From Deltaproteobacteria bacterium (lineage in GTDB: Bacteria > Desulfobacterota > Dissulfuribacteria > Dissulfuribacterales > QOAL01): a stretch of 64,000 nucleotides of DNA. Positions 19,703 through 29,128 of the stretch are shown here, piece after piece. The stretch covers positions 34,079-98,078 of the forward strand of contig WGBG01000068.1 in assembly GCA_015494395.1 (NCBI GenBank). The letters are read 5' to 3'. The position numbers and the translations under genes were made by a program. Under the pieces are notes generated by a model. That model made no database searches and was not told where the DNA came from. It was given only the letters and a program-made list of their open reading frames with translations. How positions within the stretch are numbered: position 1 is the first letter of the stretch; every line of letters begins with the position of its first letter.

Positions 19703-20752
19703 ATGAGCAAGCAGGAATCAGCCAGGTTGACTTCCAGGGTCAAGGCGTCGGGCTGAGCGTCAAAGATAGGCCCGGAGGGCCTGCATGCAATCCTTGACAA
19801 GCTTCCCCTCTCTAACCATCTCAATCTGCTGGCAGGAATCGAGACAGCCTCTGATGCAGGCATTTACCGCCTCTCGGATGAGCTGGCCATTGTCCAGTCA
19901 GTAGATTTCTTTACACCTGTAGTTGACGACCCCTACGAGTTCGGCCAGATAGCTGCGGCAAATTCACTGAGCGACCTCTATGCAATGGGTGCGGTGCCGC
20001 TGACTGCCATGAATGTGGTCTGTTTTCCAATCAAGGACGAGAGTCCGGACGTGCTTGCACGTATCCTCAAGGGGGGAATTGACAAGGTTCATGAAGCAGG
20101 GGCTGTCCTTGTTGGAGGCCACAGCGTTGAGGACAGTGAGCCAAAATACGGGTTGTCGGTTACAGGTATTGTGCATCCTGAGCGGTTTATCTCAAATGCA
20201 GGGGCAAAACCTGGTGATGCGCTTATCCTTACAAAGCCCTTGGGAACAGGCGTACTTTCCACTGCCCATAAGGCAGGTATCCTTAACGATCAGCAGCTCC
20301 GGCGCATGACCGGGGTAATGAAGGCCCTTAACCGTGAGGCTTCCGAGGCAATGATTGAGATCGGGGTTAATGCAGCCACGGACATAACCGGTTTTGGTCT
20401 TGTTGGTCATGCACTTGAGATGGCTGAGGCAAGTAGCTGCAGGGTTGTGTTGAATGCCAGACGTGTTCCCCTGCTTCGTGAGGCACTTGAATTCTTAAGG
20501 CAGGGTTTTGTTCCAGAGGGGGATTACGAGGTCAGGAAGTTTTGCCGCCGCAGTGTGTCTGTGGATGCAGGTGTTGATACCCTTGTTGCCGAACTGCTCT
20601 TTGATGCCCAGACATCAGGCGGGCTGCTTGTATCCCTTCCTCAGGATAAAGCAGATTCCTACATGAAATGCATCCTTTCAAAGGGTATTGTTGAGGCTGC
20701 TGTAGTTGGAAGGGTAGAGCAGGGCTCACCCCTGGTGCAGATACTTCCCTGA
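19703..20752 (+). CDS. selD: selenide, water dikinase SelD, a selenoprotein with in-frame UGA (Sec18)
   Basis: The ORF track reports only 19985..20752. Reading the same frame from ATG 19703 gives MSKQESARLTSRVKASG-U-ASKIGPEGL...VDFFTPVVDDPYEFGQIAAANSLSDLYAMG. This is the SelD N-terminus with UGA (19754-19756) at the position of the catalytic Cys/Sec in the GCGxK loop. Total length is 349 codons. Confidence 0.88.
19768..19782 (+). promoter_or_regulatory. SECIS-like hairpin downstream of the selD UGA
   Basis: AGGCC-CGGAG-GGCCT hairpin starting 11 nt after the UGA, with a G-rich apical loop. Position and form are as expected for a bacterial SECIS. Confidence 0.6.
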
Positions 20753-20770
20753 GCCTGCCCGTTTCTCAGG

Positions 20771-21118
20771 TTAACCCGTATTAGTTTCTTCCATAACCCA
20801 TGATTCAAAATCCGTAAGGGCTGCCAAAACCGGTACTGCCACAATCTGTGGTACCTGGTAGGAGTGAGCCTTTCTGATCTCCTGCTCCAGTGCGGAATAG
20901 AGTTTTCTTGAGGTCTTGAACCTGCATTGCCACTCCTCTGCCCTATCAAGTTTTCCATCCCACCAGAAATGGCTTTCAATGGGCCCGCTTATCTGTGCGC
21001 ATGCGGCAAGCCTTTTTTCAACCATCATGCGGCCAAGTTTTACCGCCTCATCCCTGCTGTCTGATGTGGTAATTACCATGATTATATCCGAGGTACCGGG
21101 GTTCCTGTCCTTGTTCAT
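20771..21118 (-). CDS. cutA: divalent-cation tolerance protein CutA
   Basis: 115-aa ORF with CutA1-typical blocks (RLAACAQI, SHFWW.GK, EEW). Confidence 0.85.
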   Translation of the reverse strand: MNKDRNPGTSDIIMVITTSDSRDEAVKLGRMMVEKRLAACAQISGPIESHFWWDGKLDRAEEWQCRFKTSRKLYSALEQEIRKAHSYQVPQIVAVPVLAALTDFESWVMEETNTG

Positions 21119-21230
21119 AGCTTTAACACCTGTCTGTTCTTATGGCTCAATGCCTCTGTACAATTTAACAGTTTGGGATTATTGTTGGCAATCGTTCTGG
21201 TGCTTTATCTTACATAAAATTTATATATTT

Positions 21231-21438
21231 CCTAAGTTGAGCGTTTCAAAATGGGAAAAATTATTTTTCTAGTGGAATTTAAAGGAGTTATATCACTTAT
21301 ATCTTTCCAATTTTGAAACCCTTCGGGATTGCCAGCTTCACTGCATCTCCTTTGTCATCGGTCTTCCCACATAGCCTACTATAGTGGGAAGCCCTCTTTC
21401 GCGGATATGCAGCAAATCTGACAATCGCACAACTTAGG
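21231..21438 (+). mobile_element. MITE family 2, copy A (208 bp, most diverged)
   Basis: Termini CCTAAGTTGAGCG...CGCACAACTTAGG. Flanking 5-mers TATTT/CATTT match 4/5. Both internal hairpins are retained through compensatory changes. Confidence 0.85.
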
Positions 21439-21469
21439 CATTTGAAAATTCCGCCGGGGAGCAGTGTAT

Positions 21470-22297
21470 ATGGCTTCAAAAGTTCGAGTTATTGTTACTA
21501 CAGGTTATGGAACCAACTGTGAAGTGGAGATGGCAAATGCCTGCAGGCTTGCAGGGGCAGATTACGTGGACATTGTTCACCTGAGTGATCTTGTTGACGG
21601 AAAGGTAAAGTTCACAGATTACCATTTTCTGAACCTTCCTGGCGGTTTCCTTGATGGTGACAACCTTGGCGCCGCACAGGCCGGTGCCCACAGGCTGCGT
21701 TATGCCAAGGTCAAAGAGAGTGGCCAGCGGCTTATTGACCAGCTTCTTGAGTTTGTAGAGGCAGGTGGGCTGGTGCTTGGTGTGTGTAATGGTTTTCAGC
21801 TCATGGTGAAAACCGGCCTCCTTCCAGGCTTTGATAATAACTATCAGTCAAGGAGCGTAAGTCTCATATATAATGACAGTGGCCGTTTTGAAGACCGGTG
21901 GGTAACATGCAGCATGCCGGAAGATTCTCCATGTATCTTTACAAAGGGCATGGAAAAAATGGAACTGCCTGTGCGTCACGGTGAGGGAAAGCTGGTATGC
22001 ATGGACGAAACCGTCCGCTCACGCCTTAAACATGAGGGGCTTATAGCTATGCAGTATGTTCACCCTGAAACCGGCGAGCCCACAGATGAGTACCCCTTTA
22101 ATCCAAACGGTTCTGACCTTGCAATAGCCGGTCTCTGTGATCCTACCGGAAGGCTTATGGGGCTCATGCCTCACCCCGAGGCGTTTCACCACAGAACAAA
22201 TCACCCCCAGTGGACCAGAAAAGAGCTTCCAGAGGAGGGGGCAGGGCTTCTGTTTTTCAGGAATGCTATTGAATATGCCAGAAAGAATCTGGTATGA
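21470..22297 (+). CDS. purQ: phosphoribosylformylglycinamidine synthase, glutamine amidotransferase subunit
   Basis: The ORF has the GTNCE motif, the catalytic CNGFQ and HPE. ATG 21470 is preferred over GTG 21464 because a GGGGAG RBS lies 9 nt upstream. Confidence 0.8.
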   Translation: MASKVRVIVTTGYGTNCEVEMANACRLAGADYVDIVHLSDLVDGKVKFTDYHFLNLPGGFLDGDNLGAAQAGAHRLRYAKVKESGQRLIDQLLEFVEAGGLVLGVCNGFQLMVKTGLLPGFDNNYQSRSVSLIYNDSGRFEDRWVTCSMPEDSPCIFTKGMEKMELPVRHGEGKLVCMDETVRSRLKHEGLIAMQYVHPETGEPTDEYPFNPNGSDLAIAGLCDPTGRLMGLMPHPEAFHHRTNHPQWTRKELPEEGAGLLFFRNAIEYARKNLV

Positions 22298-22401
22298 AAC
22301 ACGTTTTGTTGCTAACGGTAACGTATTGTCCAGGAAATAAATAGTCCGATTATCTCCGGATAGGCACTGTTTCTTCTGCCATATCCTGCGGAAATTAAAA
22401 G

Positions 22402-23130
22402 TTGACCACCGAAACCACCCCAGCACAGAAGATAGTTCTGTTTCTTGCCTATCTGAGGCGCTTTCTTCTTGAGACAGTCCTGACATTTGTCGGGCTGACC
22501 ATCGTTCTTTTCTGGTTTGCCCCGGATATACTTGCCTTGCTCCAGAACTATCTTGAGCAGAAGCTGGTATTTTTCGGTGTGGTTGAGCCTATGACAGGCC
22601 TTCTCAAGATTGCCGCTGTCAGTGCCGTCCTGATAATGATGCCCTGGCTGTCCTGGCGTCTTGCCCAGGGGCTCAAGGCAGTCTTTGGGCTCTCCCGCCG
22701 TTTTGTGCTCTTTTTCGCTGCTGCTGGCCTTTTGATGTTTTATGCCGGTGCAATGTTCTGTTTTTTTGTAACCCTGCCGTTTGGTATGAAATTTTTGCTG
22801 GGATACCAGTCCGAGGAGATTAAACCTGTAATTTCCTTGGCAAAGTTTGTTAATTTTACCGGTTTTTTCATGCTTGGTTTCGGGCTTGTGTTTGAGCTTC
22901 CCCTGTTCATGACCGTGCTTTGCCGACTGGGAATATGCAGTTACAGAACCTTCAGGAAATACCGCAGATATGCCATCCTGATCATTGCCATACTTGCGGC
23001 GGTCCTTACTCCTACGCCTGATGTTGTCAATATGAGCCTTATGGGGATTCCTCTGTATCTTCTCTATGAGGCAGGAATTGTGATTGGCATGCTTACTGAT
23101 CCCGGGAGACAAAAACAGGAAACTGGCTGA
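22402..23130 (+). CDS. tatC: twin-arginine translocase subunit TatC
   Basis: 242-aa, 6-TM ORF with TatC blocks (FGLVFELPLF, LTPTPDVVN). It has a TTG start, so the true start is uncertain. Confidence 0.85.
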   Translation: MTTETTPAQKIVLFLAYLRRFLLETVLTFVGLTIVLFWFAPDILALLQNYLEQKLVFFGVVEPMTGLLKIAAVSAVLIMMPWLSWRLAQGLKAVFGLSRRFVLFFAAAGLLMFYAGAMFCFFVTLPFGMKFLLGYQSEEIKPVISLAKFVNFTGFFMLGFGLVFELPLFMTVLCRLGICSYRTFRKYRRYAILIIAILAAVLTPTPDVVNMSLMGIPLYLLYEAGIVIGMLTDPGRQKQETG

Positions 23131-23132
23131 CA

Positions 23133-23340
23133 CCTGGATTGAGCGATTGTCGGATTTGCTGCAGATCCGCGAAAGAGGAACTTCCATAATAGTCTGCTAT
23201 ATGGAAATTTCTCTGACAAATGAGATGCAGTGAATACGGCAATCCCGGAGGGTTTCAAAACTGGAAAACTATAATTGGTGTAACCTCTTTAAATTTAGTC
23301 AAAAAAATACTTTTCCAGATTTTGAAACGCTCAATCTAGG
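23133..23340 (-). mobile_element. MITE family 2, copy B (208 bp)
   Basis: CCTGGATTGAGCG...CGCTCAATCTAGG with a perfect 5-bp TSD TGACA at 23128-23132 and 23341-23345. The upstream TSD copy contains the tatC stop codon. Confidence 0.92.
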
Positions 23341-23506
23341 TGACATCAGCTTGACAAGGTCTGAACAACATATATATTGCAGGGTTCATGAAAAATGACG
23401 GCGTGAATTCTGCGTTCAAGGCGCCTGTCACCCGGAGATATGATGTATTAACAGGGGCCGTGCCTTGCTGAAACCGGTCTGGTGGGCAGTGCGCCTGTTT
23501 TTTAAT

Positions 23507-24067
23507 ATGACTGAATCATCATTAAAGATAAAAATAGAAGATATTAAACCTGACGAAGGCCTGCATCTTTCCTTTGAAGATGTCCGCGCGTTGTGTGAGC
23601 TTGAATCGGACTTTCCTGAAGATGTCAGTCTCCAGGGGGCATTGCTGGGACGTGCAGATTTTTTTCGTCACGGAGGCAATATACATTTAAGTGGTAAAAT
23701 CAGCGGTGTCCTGTTATTAATTTGCCACCGCTGCCTTGTTCAGTGTACCGAGGCCATAGAACAGGATTTTTTCTATATTCTTGAGGCCGCAGAGGTCCAG
23801 GACGAGCTGTCTGATATAAAGGAAGTTGGGCTTGGTGAAGACGACCTGAATGTCTGGGCATTTCGTGACGGCTTGATAAGCCTTGATGAGATATTCAGAG
23901 AGCAGGTCCTCCTTCAGGTGCCCCAGAAGATACTCTGCTCGGAAAAATGTCAGGGGCTTTGCCCCCATTGCGGTACAGACCTGAACAAAGGCAAGTGCAG
24001 TTGCACAGAGTTCCATGAAGACAGTCCCTTTGCTGTGCTGAAAGGGCTTAAGGTCAAGGGAAGCTGA
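23507..24067 (+). CDS. yceD: YceD/DUF177 family protein (large ribosomal RNA accumulation protein)
   Basis: C-terminal Cys cluster CSEKCQGLCPHCGTDLNKGKCSC, and a position directly upstream of rpmF-plsX. The ORF track starts at TTG 23465. ATG 23507 is an alternative start. Confidence 0.8.
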   Translation: MTESSLKIKIEDIKPDEGLHLSFEDVRALCELESDFPEDVSLQGALLGRADFFRHGGNIHLSGKISGVLLLICHRCLVQCTEAIEQDFFYILEAAEVQDELSDIKEVGLGEDDLNVWAFRDGLISLDEIFREQVLLQVPQKILCSEKCQGLCPHCGTDLNKGKCSCTEFHEDSPFAVLKGLKVKGS

Positions 24068-24236
24068 AATCTATGTAATCTTTATGCCCAGAGGCTCCTA
24101 TGGTCATGAAGATATGCGTGTCAGTAAAAATACTACCGTCTTTAAGGGCGGAAAAAATGAAAATATAAGCCAATTCACATGTCCTGCCCGGTGATTTTTC
24201 AGGCAGAGTCATGTCAAGTTTTCGGAGGATAAAAAA

Positions 24237-24419
24237 ATGGCTGTACCAAAGAGAAAAATATCACGTTCCCGCAGGGGCAACAGGCGTTCACACGATGCAC
24301 TGGCCAAACCCGGTCTTTCAACCTGTTCTCACTGCATGGAACAGAAGCGTCCTCATACCATCTGCCCACATTGCGGAACCTACAAGGGCAAGGTCTTTAA
24401 TTCCAGGGAAGAAGACTAG
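24237..24419 (+). CDS. rpmF: 50S ribosomal protein L32
   Basis: 60-aa ORF beginning MAVPKRKISRSRRGNRRSHDAL, with a CxxC...CxxC zinc ribbon. Confidence 0.95.
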   Translation: MAVPKRKISRSRRGNRRSHDALAKPGLSTCSHCMEQKRPHTICPHCGTYKGKVFNSREED

Positions 24420-24433
24420 TCAGGTACAAAATC

Positions 24434-25441
24434 ATGCCTGTAGCAGTAGATGCAATGGGAGGGGATCGCGGCTCCGGAATTATAGTGGAAGGGGCCATAA
24501 TTGCCGCCAGGGAGCGTGGTGTTGAATCCATCCTTGTGGGAAAGGAAGATCATTTGCGCGCAGAGCTTAGAAGGCTTGGCGGTGAAGGGTTACCCATATC
24601 CGTGTATCCTGCGTCACAGGTGGTTGAAATGGGTGAGTCTCCGGCAGATGCCATGCGCCGGAAAAAGGACTCATCCATTCAGGTTGCCTTCAACCTGGTC
24701 AAGGAGGGTAAGGCAAGTTCTGTTGTCAGTGCCGGAAATTCAGGTGCAACACTTGCCACTGCCATGTTTACCCTGGGAAGGATCAAGGGAGTCAGGCCTG
24801 CCATATGTACCCTGATGCCAACACTGAAGGACCCTCTGGTACTGATAGATGTCGGTGCCAATGTGGATTGCAAGCCCCTGCACCTGCTGCAGTTCGGGAT
24901 AATGGCCTCGGTTTACTACAGGGAGTGTCTGAAGAATCCCAATCCCCGTGTGGGGCTTATGAGTATCGGGGAGGAGCATTCAAAGGGGAACCAGCAGGTC
25001 AAAAAGGCTTATGATCTCCTGTCCGGCAGTGATCTTAACTTTGTTGGCAATGTTGAGGGAAGGGACCTGTTCCGGGGCGATGTTCATGTAATTGTATGTG
25101 ACGGTTTTGTGGGTAATATCTGCCTGAAACTCAGTGAAGGCCTTGGGGAGGCAGTGCTTTCCATGCTCAGGACCGAGATCAGGGGCAGCATTATGGCTAC
25201 AATCGGTTACACCCTGGCAAGGACAGCCTTCAAGCGGTTTCAGAAACGGGTGGACTATGCCGAGTATGGCGGGGCTCCACTTCTTGGAATAAATGGTGTT
25301 GCACTTATCTGTCACGGCATGTCTCCGGCAAAGGCACTGAAAAATGCCATTATCTCTTCCAAAGACCTTGTGGAAATTAAACTGGCCAAAAAGCTTGCAG
25401 ATTCTCTTTCAAAAAGACAGGACCTTTTGCGTCTGGTTTGA
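24434..25441 (+). CDS. plsX: phosphate acyltransferase PlsX
   Basis: 335-aa ORF with the N-terminal VAVDAMGGD block and GNSGA motif. It sits in an rpmF-plsX-fabH context. Confidence 0.93.
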   Translation: MPVAVDAMGGDRGSGIIVEGAIIAARERGVESILVGKEDHLRAELRRLGGEGLPISVYPASQVVEMGESPADAMRRKKDSSIQVAFNLVKEGKASSVVSAGNSGATLATAMFTLGRIKGVRPAICTLMPTLKDPLVLIDVGANVDCKPLHLLQFGIMASVYYRECLKNPNPRVGLMSIGEEHSKGNQQVKKAYDLLSGSDLNFVGNVEGRDLFRGDVHVIVCDGFVGNICLKLSEGLGEAVLSMLRTEIRGSIMATIGYTLARTAFKRFQKRVDYAEYGGAPLLGINGVALICHGMSPAKALKNAIISSKDLVEIKLAKKLADSLSKRQDLLRLV

Positions 25442-25528
25442 GGGCAGCATGAATGAAGGTGTGTACTGAGTCCCCGGATTTTCCAGCCCTCAATCGTTTT
25501 AGGTTGTAGTTAAATATTTCAGAGTATA

Positions 25529-26512
25529 ATGGCAAACTATGCTGTAATAACCGGAACAGGTGCCTTTGTTCCCTCAAGAGTGGTAACCAACAAGGACCTT
25601 GAATGGGAGATAGATACCACTGATGAGTGGATACGCACCAGGACAGGTATTCGTCAAAGATATATTGCCTCTGATGAGGAGCCCAATTCCTATCTGGCAG
25701 TGCAGGCCTCAAAAAAGGCCCTGGAGATGGCTGATGTCAGGGCTGCTGACCTTGATCTCATCATCGTAGGCACTCTGACCCCCGATATGCCCATGCCATC
25801 GGTTGCATGCCTGGTGCAAAAGGAGCTTGGGGCTGCAAGGGCCGGTGCCTTTGATCTCTCCGCCACCTGTTCAGGTTTCCTCTACGGTCTTTCAATAGCA
25901 GACAAGTTTGTAAGGGATAGACGCCGAATGAAGGTCCTGGTTATAGGCAGCGAGGTACTCTCACGCCGTGTCAACTGGGATGACAGGTCCACCTGTGTGC
26001 TTTTTGGTGACGGAGCAGGGGCAGCAGTGGTTACTGGAACCAGGGAGCCGAGGGGGATTCTCTCCACTCACCTTCATGCTGATGGCAGGTTGTGGGAGTT
26101 TCTGACCATAAGGGCACTTGGCACAGCCCACCCCGTTACGCCGGAGATCCTTGACAAGGGGTGGCAGTATATAGAGATGAGCGGCAGGGATGTGTTCAAG
26201 AATGCAGTGCGTGCCCTTGAATCAGTAACATGGGAGGCCCTTAAGGCAAACGCCTGGACCCCTGAAGATGTGGACCTGCTGGTATGTCATCAGGCCAACA
26301 TGCGTATTCTTGATTATCTGAGGGAAAGATTGGGACTGCCAGAGGAGAAGGTCTTTATCAATATCCACAAGTATGGTAATACCTCGGCGGCCAGTATCCC
26401 CATAGCCCTTGATGAGGCGAACCGGTCCGGCAAGCTTAGGCCTGGAATGAATGTCCTCATGGTATCCTTTGGCGGCGGATTTACATGGGGTGCGGTTGCC
26501 ATGAAATGGTAG
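25529..26512 (+). CDS. fabH: 3-oxoacyl-ACP synthase III (FabH)
   Basis: 327-aa ORF with DEWIRTRTGIRQR, active-site CSGF, HQAN and GNTSAAS. Confidence 0.93.
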   Translation: MANYAVITGTGAFVPSRVVTNKDLEWEIDTTDEWIRTRTGIRQRYIASDEEPNSYLAVQASKKALEMADVRAADLDLIIVGTLTPDMPMPSVACLVQKELGAARAGAFDLSATCSGFLYGLSIADKFVRDRRRMKVLVIGSEVLSRRVNWDDRSTCVLFGDGAGAAVVTGTREPRGILSTHLHADGRLWEFLTIRALGTAHPVTPEILDKGWQYIEMSGRDVFKNAVRALESVTWEALKANAWTPEDVDLLVCHQANMRILDYLRERLGLPEEKVFINIHKYGNTSAASIPIALDEANRSGKLRPGMNVLMVSFGGGFTWGAVAMKW

Positions 26513-26570
26513 TGCCTGGATGAGAGCAGCCGAACTGCTATAATCCTTAAGGAACATGGCTTAAAAAAAG

Positions 26571-26797
26571 GAATCTATTCAGCGTGGTAAATGGTCTTGT
26601 TTTGGAGTGACTTTGAACAATTTCGTAGTTTTTCTTGGCGAAGCGAAGCCACAAAAATCGCGTCTGTCTGAGCGAGGGACGAGCGAGTTTCGCGATTTTG
26701 GCGTAGCAAGCCTTAGAAAAACAAGAAATTGTTCACCGGAACGGAAAAACAAGACCATTTACCAACCTTTATTAACATAAGTACGCTGAACAGTAAC
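26571..26797 (-). mobile_element. MITE family 1, copy 4 (227 bp)
   Basis: Inverted orientation. Perfect 8-bp TSD AAAAAAAG at 26563-26570 and 26798-26805. Confidence 0.9.
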
Positions 26798-26984
26798 AAA
26801 AAAAGAATGTTTTAAATAGGACTATTAGACCATTATTTTTTTCAGGAAATTTTGACCATATAAAGTTTTATGCTACGCTGACATCCGTGTTTGTTGAATC
26901 TGGTTTCAGCAGAGAGATTTTGTTGGAGAAAGCCTGATCTGTTGTTTATGAACCTCTGAAGACAGGCGAAATAGAGTGGTCATG

Positions 26985-27009
26985 CCTAATTTGAGCTCTA
27001 ATAATTAGG
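26985..27009. promoter_or_regulatory. candidate operator-like inverted repeat upstream of acd
   Basis: CCTAATT-N11-AATTAGG, embedded in a repeated GGTCATG context, about 55 nt upstream of the acd start. This call is based on pattern alone. Confidence 0.2.
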
Positions 27010-27064
27010 TCATGGAAATGAAACGGGCTAATCCCGTGATCAGCTACGAAAGAGAGATACTTTG

Positions 27065-28231
27065 ATGTCCAAGGTCAATTACTTTCTCACCGAAGAGCAG
27101 GAAATGATAGTGGATCTGACCCGTCAGATCACAGAGGAGAAGATAATCCCGGTCAGAGCGGAGCTGGACAGGAATGAGGCATTCCCCTGGGACATAATGA
27201 AGGATCTGGCCCAGGCTGACCTGTTCGCTCTCTACATCCCTGAGGAATATGGCGGACTTGGCGGCGGTACCATGGAAAACTGTCTGGCTGTTGAGCAGCT
27301 TGCAAGGGGATGTATTGCTGTCACCACCACCTTTGCTGCAAGTGCACTTGGCGGTTACCCCATACTGCTTTTTGGGACAGACGAACAGAAACAGAAATAC
27401 CTACCGGATGTTGCCGCAGGCAAGAAACTGGTTGCTTTTGGCCTTACTGAGGCAAATGCCGGAAGCGATGCTGCTGGTATTCAGTGTACTGCTGTGGAAG
27501 ATGGCGACTACTGGGTGCTTAACGGCACCAAGCAGTGGATTACAAGTGGTGGAGAGGCTGAGATCTACACCATTATAGCAATGACAGACAGGAACAAGGG
27601 CGCACGGGGTGCCACAGCCTTTATTGTGGAAAAGGGTGATGAAGGCTTCAGTTTCGGTAAGAAAGAGAAGAAGATGGGGCTCAGGGCATCCTCCACCCGG
27701 GAGCTTGTGTTTAATGATTGCCGTATTCCCAAGGACAGGATCCTTGGCCGTCGTGGACAGGGTTTTATTATAGCCATGCGCACCCTGGACCTTGCAAGGC
27801 CAGGTATTGGTGCAATTGGTGTCGGGCTTGCCCAGGCAGCCCTTGATGAATCTGTGAAGTATGCAAGGCAGAGGGTCCAGTTTGGCCAGCCAATTATATC
27901 CTTCCAGGCAATTCAGCACATGCTTGCCGACATGGCAACATCCATAGAGGCAGCCAGGGCGCTGGTTTATGCAGTTGCCCGCACCATTGATGCCGGGGAA
28001 AAGAATTTTTCAAAGTTGTCTGCAATGGCAAAGCTCTTTCCCACTGATGTTGCCATGAAGGTTACCACAGATGCAGTGCAGATACTTGGCGGTTACGGAT
28101 ACATGCAGGACTATCCGGTTGAGAAGATGATGCGTGATGCCAAAATCCTTCAGATCTATGAGGGTACCAACCAGATACAGAGAAATGTTATTGGGCAGGC
28201 TCTCAACAAGGAGTACGCAAAGGTAGGCTGA
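27065..28231 (+). CDS. acyl-CoA dehydrogenase (short/medium-chain, butyryl-CoA dehydrogenase-like)
   Basis: The ORF has ACAD family blocks (LTEANAGSDA, WITSGG, RLYEGTNQIQ-type IYEGTNQIQ). It is followed by etfB and etfA. Confidence 0.88.
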   Translation: MSKVNYFLTEEQEMIVDLTRQITEEKIIPVRAELDRNEAFPWDIMKDLAQADLFALYIPEEYGGLGGGTMENCLAVEQLARGCIAVTTTFAASALGGYPILLFGTDEQKQKYLPDVAAGKKLVAFGLTEANAGSDAAGIQCTAVEDGDYWVLNGTKQWITSGGEAEIYTIIAMTDRNKGARGATAFIVEKGDEGFSFGKKEKKMGLRASSTRELVFNDCRIPKDRILGRRGQGFIIAMRTLDLARPGIGAIGVGLAQAALDESVKYARQRVQFGQPIISFQAIQHMLADMATSIEAARALVYAVARTIDAGEKNFSKLSAMAKLFPTDVAMKVTTDAVQILGGYGYMQDYPVEKMMRDAKILQIYEGTNQIQRNVIGQALNKEYAKVG

Positions 28232-28339
28232 TACCAGCCATCATGAGCACGGCGCTGACTTTAAACCCGCACCGCCTGAGTGGTAGCTTTGCATAGTTCT
28301 GGGTGTTAAATGTGCCATTTGGAGTAATATTAAAAGTTT

Positions 28340-29128
28340 ATGAAAATCGCAGTTTGTATAAAACAGGTGCCTGACGCCAGTACCGTCAGGTTTGACAAGG
28401 AAAAGGGCACTCTTGTCCGTGAGGGTGTAGAGAGCGTAATCAACCCCTTTGACTATAATGCCATTGAGGCCGGACTTGCTTTGAAAGACCAGGTTGGTGG
28501 CGAAGTCTCGGTGCTGACCATGGGGCCGCCCCAGGCACAGGATGCTATCAGGGAGGCAATCTCTCTTGGTGTTGATAACGGTATCGTTGTCTCTGACCGT
28601 GCTTTTGCCGGTGCGGATACACTTGCCACCACATACACACTTGCAAAGGCAATAAACAAGCTGGGCGAGTTTGACCTGGTCATCTGCGGCAAGCAGGCTG
28701 TTGATGGTGATACCGCACAGGTGGGGCCTGGGCTTGCCGTACGCCTTGGCATTCCCTGTGTGACCTGTGTTGATGAACTTGAGGTTCTGGAAGACGGCAG
28801 GAAACTGCGCCTTAAACGGATGTGCGAGCAGGGATATGACATTGTGGAGGTGGAACTGCCTGCACTGATAACTGTCCTTGCCTCTCTGAATACCCCGCGG
28901 GTTCCTTCCCTCAAGGGTAAGATGAGGGCAAAGAAAACGGATATCCCAATGCTCAGTGCTGAAGATATCGGGGCAGAGACCTCAAAGGTTGGGCTTGCAG
29001 GCTCTCCCACCCAGGTTGCCACCACCACAGTGCCAACATTTGATGCGAAACGTGAGATGCTTGAGGGCGAGCCTGAGGAACAGGTAGATGCCCTGATAGG
29101 AAAGCTTAAGGAAGCCGGGATATTATAA
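28340..29128 (+). CDS. etfB: electron transfer flavoprotein beta subunit (group-2, bifurcating-type sequence pattern)
   Basis: 262-aa ORF with MKIAVCIKQVPD, SDRAFAGADTLAT, GKQAVDGDTAQVGP and GSPTQV. Confidence 0.9.
   Translation: MKIAVCIKQVPDASTVRFDKEKGTLVREGVESVINPFDYNAIEAGLALKDQVGGEVSVLTMGPPQAQDAIREAISLGVDNGIVVSDRAFAGADTLATTYTLAKAINKLGEFDLVICGKQAVDGDTAQVGPGLAVRLGIPCVTCVDELEVLEDGRKLRLKRMCEQGYDIVEVELPALITVLASLNTPRVPSLKGKMRAKKTDIPMLSAEDIGAETSKVGLAGSPTQVATTTVPTFDAKREMLEGEPEEQVDALIGKLKEAGIL

Noticed and set aside
22312-23187. A 291-aa ORF on the minus strand, antisense to tatC.
   Set aside because: It has a low-complexity Lys/Gly/His/Gln-rich translation with no motifs, and it is fully overlapped by a well-supported tatC. 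This is a typical antisense shadow ORF. The same reasoning applies to 28453-29325, 11124-11768, 36046-36612 and 51106-51693.
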